Origin: Styela clava
Lineage: Eukaryota
Length of the DNA: 64,000 bases
NCBI RefSeq assembly: GCF_964204865.1
Contig: NC_135258.1
Location: forward strand, 12,214,001 to 12,278,000
Direction: 5' to 3'
Part shown: one piece after another, positions 11,646 through 24,183 of the stretch
Layout of the letters: each line of letters starts with the position of its first letter
Numbering within the stretch: the stretch's first letter is position 1
Position numbers and translations under genes: made by a program
Notes under the pieces: model-generated
What the model was told of the DNA's origin: nothing
Databases searched by the model: none
The model's input: the letters and a program-made list of their open reading frames with translations, nothing else

Positions 11646-13790
11646 ATCTAACTATAGTGAGTCGCGAAAAGGGAATCGGGAGTTCAGTATAACGATATTG
11701 GAGGCAGAGTCGTCAAAATCGCGTAGGTCTAGGAATCAAAGTAAACTCTTTTTCCCTCATCTCTGCCAGATTTTCCTTTGAAATGCTAAAAAAATCACTC
11801 ATTTTAGCTAAACTTGTTAAATTTATTGATTCATATACACGGCATCGAAAATAAGAAACAATAAAACATTTATAATAAATACAATATGTAAAATATTCAA
11901 TCTTATTTCGGTTATGTTTAACACAATTTTGTTAATTTTCGCGGCGCACTTAGCAACTCGTCGCTTCGCACCCTTTGGAAATTGCTGCACTACAACATGC
12001 ATGTGCAAAAGTTTTTGTTATCAAAATTTCTCACAACCGGGTCACGGAATCGCAACGCAAAGAGTGTCGCCATTTAAATGGTTCGGACGGGTACGTCTTG
12101 GAAGAAAGTCATTAACTTTATATACATCCTTCGTCCTAGCTTTTCAAGGGTTACATATCATTACCTCGGTAAATTCATACTCACCTTTCTGGCTTTCTTC
12201 AATAAAATTTTTCTCAGTATGAAAAACGCGGTTGAGTTCTGGAAGCAAGGTTTAGTCACTACTTTACAGGTTCACACATGTTGATAGTGAATAGAATTAT
12301 TTGAGTTGAACAATGACGTGACTGAAGTAAGTATTTTACACTCATCATTATTGTACAACTCATATAATGCAAATCATGATATTATATCGTATTCACTTTT
12401 ATATACAATTTTGCTCGTGAGATCTCGAGACTGAATATAAAGTGATGATAACAGTACTTACTAATGGTGGAGTTACAGGGCACGATTGACGATGAGATGT
12501 CAAATTGTAATGATTCATCTAAGTACGTAATACATAAGTACATGCATGAAAAGTATAAAATGTACGCTAATTAAATGTTGTTTTAATTTTCATTATATCT
12601 TGTTATATTTCGCCTTGATGCAAAGAATTTAAACGTCAAGTTAACAAGTTCATACATGAAAAGTGTGAGCCTACCAAGCAAATACGTCAACGACCATTTC
12701 TTGTAAACACAACCCGAACTAAAAATTCTCGAAGGCCTGTCGGCTAGAGTCAGCCAATCACGATTGGCATTCTGTAACCTAATTTGTCAAGTTGAAATTC
12801 AAAAATAGGCCATGTTATAACATGAATATAACCATTATACATTCTTATTGACGTTGTCATTGTGAATAATGAACACAGGTCTGTCCGACAGGCAACAACT
12901 AACTAAAAAGGTACAAGTTTCATGGAAAATTTGGCAATTTATAGTTTTTGAATACCTGTCAAATTGAGAGTTTCCAATTTTTTTTTGTGAATACAATAGT
13001 TTAAAACTAAAAAAGTAAGGACCCTAACCCCGACATATTTAGATTTCACCTTTCAATTATTTTAGGAATTCCGAGGTGTTCTTTTTGTAACAGGAAATTA
13101 ACTGCGTGTATGTGAGGGCATGTAGCTGGGAGTCGTGAAGCGAATTTTATTAGAGAACACTACGAGGTTAAAATGGCGTAAACAAACATAAAATGATGTT
13201 TTATCGATGCTCTCATTTTCTCCAATGGACGCTCAACAAAATGGCCGCGCAAATTGAAAAGTCGGCAGTTTCTTCATTTCACATATAGTTTTTACTTGAC
13301 AGTGACTGTTTTTTATGACGACTTGAATATCGATGTTGGACAATATTGCACCTGGATTTGATATTAAAAAATGTAAGCACCTATTGAAAGTCCTTTAACC
13401 TTGAAACTTATCGACTGGTTTATCAATAAAATGATAAGGTTAAATAAAACCAATAGGACCTTTTTATACAATACTTCAGTCGAAATTTGAGTAATATTAT
13501 ATTGGTATTAATATTATCTTAGAGACGATACTGAAATATACTACGTTACAATTTTATCTATCATGCTATCCCATTTATTTAGGTTAGTTAGGCCCATCTT
13601 CAGCTGATCGCCTGAGCTTGACAGCAATAGAAGCGTCAGCAAGTAGTATTGGGAAACTACCGACTGGGCAATATGATTGATCGCAAGTAAAACTATGGAC
13701 TTAGCAAAAATACTAACTGTGCACAAATAAAATTTAATTTGAAACATTAACGCTGCGAAGTTGTCACATATTACAGATGACATCGTTAAA

Positions 13791-13861
13791 TCAGCATGAA
13801 GCTACACAAAAACAGAACCGACGATTTATTACAGTCCTGATTTTGTCCAACTGATTGCTGA
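13791..13861 (-). ncRNA. pre-miRNA-like hairpin, divergent family A (5p CAGUUGGACAAAAUCAGGACUG)
   Basis: Minus strand UCAGCA...AGUUGGACAAAAUCAGGACUG-loop-CGGUUCUGUUUUUGUGUAGCU...UGCUGA. Several pairs form only as G-U on the minus strand. Confidence 0.75.
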
Positions 13862-14221
13862 CAAACAAAAATTATGAAATGTATCGAAACTTCAAAATAT
13901 ATTTCTCCTTTGATATTGAACTATTAAACTACAATACATTTTTCAAAGTTTAAAAATGGCCCGATATTCGATACGTCATTTTCGTCAATAGTTCGAACCA
14001 TCGAAAACGTCTGTTTTAGAGTATTTGAAATCAAATTTTTCCTGCGTTCGGGGATCGTTCGTTCCAACACCAAAAACCTTTTATCCAGCATAATTATTAC
14101 TACAGTATATCAACAAGGCAGTTTATAGTGTAAACGCTGAAAAGCTTGTTCCGCCTTACGAACACACCAAAGTGACTCTTTGGAACACACCTACCACCAG
14201 CAATTATAAAGGGGTATTCGC

Positions 14222-14307
14222 CGAAAGAGAAAACTGATGAACAAAAACAGGACTGACTCTTTCCTTTGTTTCACAGTCTCATTTTGGTTCAACTAATTCC
14301 TCTTACG
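14222..14307 (-). ncRNA. pre-miRNA-like hairpin, A/B intermediate (5p UAGUUGAACCAAAAUGAGACUG)
   Basis: The 5p arm pairs with CAGUCCUGUUUUUGUUCA, with basal stem AGAGGAAUU/AGUUUUCUCU. Confidence 0.7.
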
Positions 14308-15631
14308 CAATCAAAAAGTACTTGTTCGTGAACACAGCGTAGGGTTTCTACCAAGTCATGACCAAGAAATATTTTGATAAGGCCTAGAACGCATTTATGA
14401 ATTACGAATCTCGTGTTCTAAACGAGCGCCGCGCACTCGTTACTTCAAACCAGAGAGGATAATTTCATCTACCCAGGCCATGTTTTTCTGGTCAGGTATT
14501 TTTTTTAAATGAAATCATTCTAAAATCTCAATAACTATTTGCAGGAAGAAACATCACGCGCACCACAAACAGATTACCATTGCAAAATCCACTGCGCTTA
14601 AGCTTGAAATAAATTCCGGAACGACATGTACAAAGGTAGCCCGTTTACAACTGGTTATGACATCAGGGCTATCAAACGCTGGCAAAAATAGTAATGTACG
14701 GGCCAGTTACGGTAGTTAGATTGGTCCTCAATGTGATGTAGAACAGAGAATCAATTCCCTAAACCCGTCGAATTGTGTCCGATTTGAAAGTAATGGTCGG
14801 AATTTGGAAATTTATTAATGAATCTATAATCAATGCTCAATTATTCTCTCCATCGAATCTTATACCAACTTGTCAGCTGCTCGTAGATTTCACAGCATGA
14901 TAACATCGTCAATCAGCTAATTAAAATCGGCATGACGATTTATCATCGTCCTAATTTGTCAAACTTATTAAAAGTATTTTTGTCAAAATTATGAAATTAA
15001 TCTTTGCAAACGTTCACACATCAAGTTAATTATTTATAGACGGCACATAAATGATTTTTTTTGTGTTTGTCGATAATCCTTTACCTTGCAAAGCGTTCTC
15101 TTTCAATATGACAACAAGTGCTCTATTTTTCTGAAATCGCATAACTGAGATTTATAACCTACCAAGTCTTTTTGCCAACAGAAATATTAATAGATAAATT
15201 ACCTGAAATCCCATAGCTATGATGTTATCAGTAACAACAGTACTGCGACTTCTAGTCGCAGGTTACAGCAAATATCGCACAAAATAAAGCGAACATTCAT
15301 TCATTCGAACACATGTACACAATTTCGTGTTCTAACATGGTGAACAATAAATCATGACTGCGTAGCATTGATTTTCCAACTCTAAAATAGTGAATTACAC
15401 TTCAACAATAATATAAAGTTATTATAGAATATATCACAACGGCATTGGTGCCATTCGTTTGTAAAAAGTTTACCTGACGCGTTAAAAATGTTTACATTTT
15501 AGATACATTTCGCCAATGCAATGCATAAAAATAAAAAGGTTGTTTGAGCTTTAATTGTGGCGTCAGAATTCACAATCTGTTTGATATGAAAAAACAATAT
15601 CTGAATTTATTCTATTCTCCGAAGGTTAGTT

Positions 15632-15712
15632 TGACAAAACAAATAGTCGGCCTCAAACGCGGCTGAACAAAAGTCCAACAGCCCTGTTGGAGTCCAACTG
15701 AGTGTGGTGTCA
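15632..15712 (-). ncRNA. pre-miRNA-like hairpin, family A (5p CAGUUGGACUCCAACAGGGCUG); near-identical copy at 17207-17287
   Basis: The 5p arm pairs with CAGCCGCGUUUGAGGCCGACUA. Arms are identical between the two duplicated copies while the loop and flanks differ. Confidence 0.75.
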
Positions 15713-16241
15713 TTTGTAAAATGTAAACATGATACATTGCTTACAGATATTTCAAAATAACATCGGGAAAGTGGTTAAAAATTTAAAGATGAAGAAGCAT
15801 CAATTCGTTCTGTTCGCAAATTGAACCCAAGTTATTATGCGCCTTTTAACATATAATATGTTATCTATAGACTTGTGTCTAACACGTGCGTTTTGCATGG
15901 TTCCACACAATTTTAAATTTAGGTTAACAGCAGTCACACCTATTCTATGACCGGGGCAATCCCAGAGTAGCAATGACTGAAAGACAAAGATGGCGAACAA
16001 AAACAAGGCTGTGGTATTTCAATTTTTAACAACTTTGTTTTTGTTCAACTACTTGCTCTGTTCGCAATAAATTATTCAGTATATAAAAAATCATAATGAC
16101 CGTATACGTGTTGAACACATACATAAATGTGAAATGATTATCGAATGTCTGATTAAAGTGTTATGTGATTGGTGACAAAGTCTTCCGTAGTATTATAATA
16201 ATGTATCAGAAGTATCAGAGATGGCTACTTTATAATTATTG

Positions 16242-16483
16242 TTCAACTATTTATGTTGAACTGCGTATGTCTGAGGAAGTCTGACCCTTGTCAGACGAAA
16301 CGTTACAGAAATATATTTGCGTTAGTGTGCAGCAAGACTATTGAATCCCTCAGAATACGTATCTTCACTCTTGCCACAGCATCCTTACATTATATGCATA
16401 CGGATCCACCGGCGCAAAAGAATAGAAGACGGAAAATTAGTTAGTATCCTAGAAATCCTATCGATCGCACAATTTAACTATTG
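16242..16483 (+). mobile_element. About 240-bp insertion resembling a Penelope-like pLTR or retrozyme fragment
   Basis: Absent from the paralogous site near 17795 (TAATTATTG-TAGTTGAAATA). Flanked by TAATTATTG / TAACTATTG. Contains a hammerhead core. Confidence 0.65.
16268..16307 (+). ncRNA. Minimal type I hammerhead ribozyme
   Basis: UGU-CUGAGGA-A-GUCUGAC(CCUU)GUCAGAC-GAAA-CG-UU-ACA: CUGANGA and GAAA core boxes, perfect 7-bp stem II, palindromic AACGUU in place of stem III, and short stem I UGU/ACA. Confidence 0.7.
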
Positions 16484-17555
16484 TAGTTGAAATAATTTTT
16501 GTTCATCCCATAGGCTAATCAGACAAAATAAGTGGTGTTGGAATTCGTTAGATTTAGGATTTCCTTTTTATAAATAAAGCCGTAAACATTTATCGTGAAA
16601 ATATCAACGCGTGATCAATGATCATGGCAGTAGTTTTATTCATTGGAATTGAACATGGCGATGAAGTTATTATTTACTCTACTAAGAGTTTTATTTCAAT
16701 TGGCTAACAACTGTTATTTTTTCTAAAATTGTGGGGTTAAAAAGTTATATCTTGCTACGTCTTTTTGCTAACAGAAATCTATATATTTGAACTGAAATCT
16801 CACAAGTATGATGTTGTGAGTACCAACAATACCCCGTCTTTTACTCGCAGCCAATATTGCACGCAAAATATAGCGGACACTTATTTATGTACCCAATTGT
16901 TATGTTCTACCACGAGGAATATTAAATTAAGACTCCGTTGCCTAGCCCTAATTTTCCAACTCTAAAATGGTGTTTTCCAACGCAACATTAATATAATGTC
17001 ACTAGAGAATATATCACGAGGGCATTGGTGCCATTCGCAATGTAAAAAGTTTACCTAATGCTTTAAAAATGTTTACTGTTTAAAATACATTTTGCAAATG
17101 CAATGCATAAAAATGGAAAGGTTGTTTAGCTACAATTGTGGCAATTCCCAAACTGTTTCGGTATAAAAAATAAAAAAAATGTGCTTTTATTCCCCGAGGG
17201 TTAGTTTGACACAACAAATAGTCGGCCTCAAACGCGGCTGAACGAAAGTCAAACAGCCCTGTTGGAGTCCAACTGAGTGTGATGTCATTTGCAAAAAGGA
17301 AATTATGATACATTGCTCATAAAAATTTCAAAATAACATCAGGAAAGTGGTTAAAATTTAAAATAAGCATCAATTCGTTCCGTTCGCAACTTAAACCCAA
17401 GTTAATATGCGTCTTTTGACATAATAACTAATATGCTATTTATACACTTGTGTCTACCACGTACGTTTTTCATGGCTCCACACAATGTGAATTTACGTTA
17501 ACATAAGTCACACCTATTCTATGACCGGGGCAACCCCAGAGAAGCAGTGACTGAA

Positions 17556-17633
17556 AGAGCAAGATGATGAACAAAAATAAGGCTGTAGTGATTCAATTTT
17601 TAACAAACTTGTTTTTGTTCAACTACTTGCTCT
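17556..17633 (-). ncRNA. pre-miRNA-like hairpin, B-type seed (5p UAGUUGAACAAAAACAAGUUUG); paralog at 15982-16059
   Basis: Perfect basal stem AGAGCAAG/CUUGCUCU and upper stem UGAACAAAAA/UUUUUGUUCA. Confidence 0.7.
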
Positions 17634-19749
17634 GACGCAATGATTTATTCAGCATATAAAAAATCGTAAACATACATGCTGAACACATATATGCATGTGA
17701 AATGACTATCGGATGTCTGATCAAAATGTTATGAGATTGGTGACAAAGGCTCTTGTAGTATTATAATAATATGTAGAGTATCCGAAAAAGTTACTTTAAT
17801 TATTGTAGTTGAAATATTTTTTATTTATTCCGAAGATTAATCAGACAAAATAAGTGGTGTTGGGATTCGTCAGATTTAGGTTTAAGAGCTAATTTTTAAG
17901 AGCTAATAAGCTGTAGGTTAAAATTAAGCAATTATGGTGTTAAAAGATATAAAATTTCATTTGTCGTGAAAATATCGGCACGTGCTCATGACAGTAGTTT
18001 TATTCATTGGAATTGAACATGGCGATGAAGTTATTATTTATCAATTCATCGTCGATGATCAACTCAAACGAAACGAAACTAGTTAAACAAACCGTACATT
18101 ATATTGCATACTAACAATGAAAGAGTACACCATTGATTCTCGCTTCATAACTCATAATGATGAAGAATTTGGCATTGAGTGATTCACTTTCGATCTTTAA
18201 CTCAAATAAAGTTTATATTCACATATTAATTAGACAATATTTGCGAGTGCTGTAGTGAAAAATGAGGTAGCAAAATTGTTTTTAAATTTTGTTTCTTCAC
18301 AACATTGGCAACACCTAACCCTAATCCGTATTTGCCCTGGTACATCTACTACGGGAGTACCCCAAAACATCCTGCTGGTATGCAAAATGGATCCAGTCAT
18401 TCAGTATAAGAATGTCTTCCTGGTCGAGAAATTTATTGAAGGACACTTTTTAGTCTTTGTTAAAACGATTTTTAAATTTAAACTATGAATAACTGAAACC
18501 AGCAAATACCACCTTAAGTGAAAGTTGCTGCAAAAATTACTTGTAATTAAAGAACTTCGCTTATTACGAGGATTTCCTTCTCTTGCATACATTGCATCCG
18601 ATATTGTTGAGCCATTGTTTCTAATGCCTTTAATTTAGAATTTGGATCATAGCGACGAATAGATGTAAATGGGCCTAATCAGAATAAAATAGTCTATTGG
18701 TGGAATCGTACGTGGAATAATTTTGAATATCGCTCGCTATGTACTGCGCAATGACGAAATTAATTTTTACTTCATTCAGGAAGGCCAATAGAGTTGTTTA
18801 TATACCTCAAAGAAGAAGATTTGCCTATTACCAACAGAAGAAGAAATGAACAATAAGGTCCGTTAACTCGAACAGTACTTGTCGCAACGTAACTTTGTTT
18901 GCGGCGCTTGAAATAGGAAATATAATTTTTTATCAGTAAGAGAAAGCCTTTTCATGCCCAAACGCAAAATGAAATTGATACTAAACTTTCCTTTTATCAG
19001 TATTCGGAAACTTGGGCTAGACTAAAAACGAGGCAATTAAAGACAAATAACTGACATATTGTTAATCTGTCGCAAATCGTAGGACTCAACTTGAACTAAT
19101 CAAGTAAAGTTACCACTTTACGCATATCGCATTTTGTTACAAAATGATGTATCCGAAATATGGCAAGGCTTATACTTTTCAAACGTTAAAAATAAAAAAA
19201 ATTATAATAATTGCAAAATCAGTATCTACCAGGACGCAGCGAGCAATTCATATAGCCCAAAATTTTCCACTGTGGTCTATTTGAGCTGGCAACATTTCTG
19301 GGGATATTCTGTTGCAGCCAAAGAACAAGTCATATGTGTAGTGTATACCATAATCCATATTAAAAACTATCACTATTGAAATGCTATAGTAACATACCTT
19401 CTACCTTGTCCTCCATACCACATCAAACGTCTTTTATATTCTGGAATCCCGACTGGGTCTTTGTCGTCGCTCTTTGCCGATCTAACGCTAAGTAAATTTC
19501 TTGCTGGACGATATCAGCAGTCAGCCAACAAACACATAAAGTGCAAAATATTTCCCTGATCATTGCGAGTTGATTGTATTGTCTCTCGCCCGCCGAGATC
19601 AGAAAATGCTTCTCCTTTTCCGATCTCCCGCAGCCGTCGACCCGTCATTTTAAATCAAAGATGCCGTCAGAAGCAATCGAGAACAAAGAAGGGAGTCGCG
19701 GATCATCAAACACTTAGCGACACAAGCTGATTGAATACTACCCTATTGC

Positions 19750-20290
19750 TGTATAGGCAAAGAGACAACGCCTTATCGAATGTTTTTAACAAAATTTGAA
19801 TGTGCACTTGGAAGAATTAGATGTCAGATTTGTAGTTGTACCAATTCACACAAACACGAATTACACGATGTGTGTGTATTGCAGACACAACGTGTCAGCA
19901 TTTTTCAATGTCGCAACAGCGTGCAAGCGCCCTGTCCGCCACTGCTCGATTCAATTAAAATGGCATTCAGCTACACTCTATCAGGTTGGATGTAAGCAGT
20001 CATTTGTCGACGGACAGTGTACTCTTGAGGAGAAAAATTTTTTGTTGGAAGTTTTGTTGGAAAATTCAATAGCTATAGATTCTCTGCCACCGAATTGCTT
20101 GTTTTCGTCATCTACAAGCCAATGCTTTTAGTCTATCTTGAAACAAATGCTTAGGTACAACCTTTCCTTTTGTATGTCTGAGATTAAATAATATTTGTAT
20201 GATTGATGAGCACAAGCGCTTGGAAATCAGCGGTTAGTCAAGTAAGCGATATCGTCGGATTCATTTGAAGTTGCGCCAACCACTCCGTTT
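19750..20290 (-). pseudogene. Possible highly decayed hAT-type transposase remnant
   Basis: Broken minus-strand frames read ESDDIAY, WLVDDENKQ and GRLHAVATLKNADTLCLQYTH, weakly recalling hAT DESTD, RWVD and GVA...YTHC motifs in the right order. Many stops and frameshifts. Confidence 0.25.
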
Positions 20291-21704
20291 AAATGTTGAT
20301 TTTATGACATTTTGCTGGAATATTAAAATTTGCTGATTTCATTTTATTCAAGGAGTGTGTTGTACGTCAGCTACCGTTATCTCAGCTCAAATACTGACTG
20401 TCCAGTTAATCCTTTTCAAAAATGGAAAATAAATAAAATTCGAAGAAATTTGATTTTAAGGTTGATTATTCAAGCCCATATCCTGGCATGTGCCAAGGCC
20501 ATGATTATTGGAAAACTGGCAATTTTATGATTGATCCATAGTTGTTGAAATGATAGAACTATCTATATTAGTCATTCAATCGGTGCAGTTTGCTGAAATG
20601 ATGTGCTTAAAAGCTCGAAAGAAAATTTATTTATCATTTACTACATTGTAACGTAATGCGCGATCTCGCGATAAACAGTGCTACGAATTTGACTGATATC
20701 GATACAAGATGTCAACATAATTTGAACGACAATTTACAAAGCGACGTTTTCTGTCTTTGTGACATGGTTGGCATTTTTCGTTACAGTTTTATACTTCATG
20801 GAATGCGTCGCTGGGTATATTTGCCGCGAACTCGAGAAGCCAAAAAATTTGAAATTAAATATCCTGGCAAAATACCTGCATTTGTATTTGTGGAAATGTT
20901 TTTTTTATATCAACTCTGAAACAAAATTCTCTTCTACTTCTATCACTCAAGTTTAATCGATACCAATAAATTATATGTCATGGCACTGGTATTGTTTTTG
21001 AGGAGTTGAGAAGGCGATGATGTAAAATCTAAAAAATTTAAAACTAAAAAGGGGGCTCAGTGTCATGTTTTGAACCGGATGCCGTTTGAGATTAAACATG
21101 ATTTACTGGGTGGATAGCGTTGACTCGACAATTAGTCACAATTTGAACACAGTCATGATGGAATCCAACCCATTGAGAAATTACATTTTCTAAAATTACG
21201 ACAGGCGAGTTATTGCGACATACTGAGTTCCACGAATGACCGTTGGAACCGGTGGAATGAATGAATCAAAAATATATCATTAAATTAGTGGTTTGCAGTT
21301 GTTCTTGGAATAACACAAAATCATATATAAAATTATCGATTATAGAAGCCGATGGTAAAATATTTTTTTCAATACCAATGCTTTCTGAAATAGTCAGATT
21401 AATAGACAAGAAGAAACTTTCCAGTTGTTATGATTTAAGTGTCCTCCCTAAATAAGGTAACCATAAAATAGCTATGATACAATTTGATTATGAACTCGTC
21501 TGCCTTGTTTACAATTATACCCCAATCCCAATACTATTTTCAATAACAATAAGATTATGTTCATTTTGTTAAAAAAAAAAACAGGAAGTAAAATTGACTC
21601 ATTATCGACTGTTGTGTTTCGGCGAAAATTCGCCAGTCAGTCGAATCGAGAATTCCAAACTGTGAAACAAACTACGCAACAATAATAATCAATTGGTGAT
21701 AATT

Positions 21705-21788
21705 TGATTCAACAAGTAGTCGAATACTCACGTGGCTGAACGAATGTTAATGACAGCCCTGTTCGAATCCAACTAAACGATAAATCAC
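21705..21788 (-). ncRNA. pre-miRNA-like hairpin, family A (5p UAGUUGGAUUCGAACAGGGCUG)
   Basis: Basal stem UGAUUU/GAAUCA, UG at -14/-13, and downstream CACC. Confidence 0.7.
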
Positions 21789-22950
21789 AAGTTCAAGGAG
21801 CCATCGATATTTTACTATTGTCAAATGTACGACTTCCAAACTTCAAATCAGGAGAACTAAATTGAACATGAAATGAATTTTAGTACAAGTTCGTTTATCG
21901 CAGCACAATGCTTGGAAATACTATGTCATGGTTTTCCAAATGCGACAGACGATATCAAATATACCGGTAGTTAGATTACTGATTTTGTATGTTTTTGTTT
22001 ATAACATTAAATGAAAACTAATGATAGACAAGTTGGAATCCCACATTGTTGTACTGCGCAGTCATAGGTTTGTTGCTACACAAATCTGAGAAAAATCTGT
22101 GAGATTGCTGCTACTGATATTTTAGTTATGTTTTATGGGATGTTAGGTTTTTACTCGTTTGTGTTTTCTTGATAAAGTTGATATGTTTCACAATTGCGAA
22201 TATTTAGCTTCAACACTCATAACATGAGCCACAAAGAGATAGTATAATTTTAGTTCGAACATCTTTTTTGCGAAAGTAAATTATATGATTTACTAACATT
22301 ATTAGCAGATTGGACCATTATTATTTTGTTTACTCGAGAAAGAGGGAAATTAACCTAATTGATGTAATATTGAAACAGCATAAGAGACATGAAAATCATT
22401 TTCACAAAAATATTTTTATATTATATAACATTAATTAATATAAGAAAAAGATCTTTATCCTAGCGACAACGGAAATACTCAAATTTACAATAAAAGTACA
22501 ATCATGATTTATTTGACGGAAGAAAATGATTTCCATTGAATGGATTGAACATTAATAAATAAGATATTAAATTCAATTTTAATGTTCAAATCATGCAATA
22601 AAAAATAGTATAAAATTGTGGTGCGTTTTCGATCATCATAAAATTACACGTGAGAAAATTATTATTTTTTTGTCCCTGGTCTAATCGATGTAATGCGTAA
22701 TCATATCTTCAATATAGCATTTATATCGTCAAGCATTGATTATACTAAAAATGAATATAAAAACTATATAAATGGAACTTTGTTCAATCTTTTGCACTGT
22801 TGTAAGAACCCAAATACTCTAGCTAGTGTATAGTTTATCATATTGAGGCAAAATGATGCAATACCTACAATTTGATTGAATTCTATTGCGGTATGAGATG
22901 AGCAAATTTTCCTATTTTCGATTGGTTTCCAAAAAGAAAGAAGGAAATAA

Positions 22951-23025
22951 TTTTCATTGACTAAATTGAACATGAAATGAATATTAGGTAAAATTCAATT
23001 TCAATGTTCAACTCAACCAATAAAA
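22951..23025 (-). ncRNA. pre-miRNA-like hairpin, family B (5p GAGUUGAACAUUGAAAUUGAA)
   Basis: Stem of about 32 bp: UUUUAUUG..UGAGUUGAACAUUGAAAUUGAAU / AUUCAUUUCAUGUUCAAUUUAG.CAAUGAAAA. Confidence 0.75.
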
Positions 23026-23794
23026 CTTATGAATATACCAGGAATGTTCTTGTCAACATGCAACCAATATTAAATACTTTCATACATTTTCAGTCCAATA
23101 TTTATAGCGGATTATATAGTGGTTCTTGAAGTTCGACATTTCTGGTAACGTTAGATAGCAGGTTTGCTATGCTTCAGTGTTGATAGTGTTGGTTCGGCAA
23201 ATAGTTAGAAATTAACAGGTCTGTATAAAAACTGCTAACACCCCTGTTCAAATCCAACTGATTAGAGAACCACATAATTGGCACTGAACCACGCCGCCGT
23301 AAGTTGGATATGTTTTTTAGTTGGCGCAACTAATAGTCAGTGTTTCACGAGACCAATATCTTTCCATGCTATGTTCCGATGCGCAATGGTCCGTATTCGT
23401 ATAACGCAAGGGTGCTGAAGCAAAAATACGCAAATCTGCAAATTTACTGCTACAACTTTCGTGGTTATTGGTATCTAAGAAAACCTTTTGAATGAGGACT
23501 AAAAATTATTGTTTCACAGCTTGTATTTTGTATAATGCGAGGGGCACATAAAAAACTTTGCTTTAACGACCATGAGCTAAAATGGTGAAATTATAGGTAC
23601 GTTGTCATTTATGCAAAAATGAAACATGCTATTCATTATAAATTCCATTTGGTTCATTTAGGAAATAGGTAAATAGCTTTTATAAATTGCATGATGTGAA
23701 TTAAAGCTTAATTGTAGTTATCAATGTGTTAAACTCCGACAATAAAAATGTCCCAATTCTCAAGCCAGAAGTGAAAGTACTAGATTGAAATGTA

Positions 23795-23892
23795 CCGTGT
23801 TTCCCCGAATATAAAACCTACCCTGAAAATAAGACATAGCCTCAGTTTTGAAATGATTTTAATGTAAGCCCTCCTCTCAAAACAAGACCTAT
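23795..23892 (+). mobile_element. Left-end fragment of a Tc1/mariner-superfamily (Tc2/pogo-like) MITE
   Basis: TA followed by CCGTGTTTCCCCGAATATAAAACCTA with repeated AAATAAGAC-like subterminal motifs. Replaced by other sequence in the paralog near 27225. Confidence 0.45.
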
Positions 23893-23996
23893 AGCCGATA
23901 GACCTATAGTCGATAGCGAGAAATCTCTCGTACACGTTCCGAATGATAAATAATCTATGTTTTGGTAATTTGGTAAATTGTGTATTCGATAAACTG

Positions 23997-24183
23997 GGTT
24001 CCATTACATTTGAACCCACGTGCATTTGAACCCACGACGATTGCACCGGCATACTATTGCACCTATGGAAATTTTTGTTGTTTTATGGATATTTGAACCC
24101 ATACTAACCCTAACCCATGGGTTTAGCACCCGCATATAGATTGAACCCGCGAATATACACATGGGTTCAAATGTACGGTCACC
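23997..24183. mobile_element. Mutator-like MITE
   Basis: 22-bp TIRs (GGTTCCATTACATTTGAACCCA / TGGGTTCAAATGTACGGTCACC) and a perfect 9-bp TSD GATAAACTG. The empty site is present in the paralog near 27500. Confidence 0.9.

Larger units (their letters stand above)
15370..18040. repeat. Old direct duplication (about 15370-16676 and 16950-18040), each copy with one A and one B-type hairpin
   Basis: Collinear matches such as GGCATTGGTGCCATTCG, CACACCTATTCTATGACCGGGGCAA and GAATTGAACATGGCGATGAAGTTATT. Confidence 0.9.

Noticed and set aside
24103-24116. CTAACCCTAACCC as an interstitial telomere
   Set aside because: Only two units, and it is an internal motif of the local MITE families.
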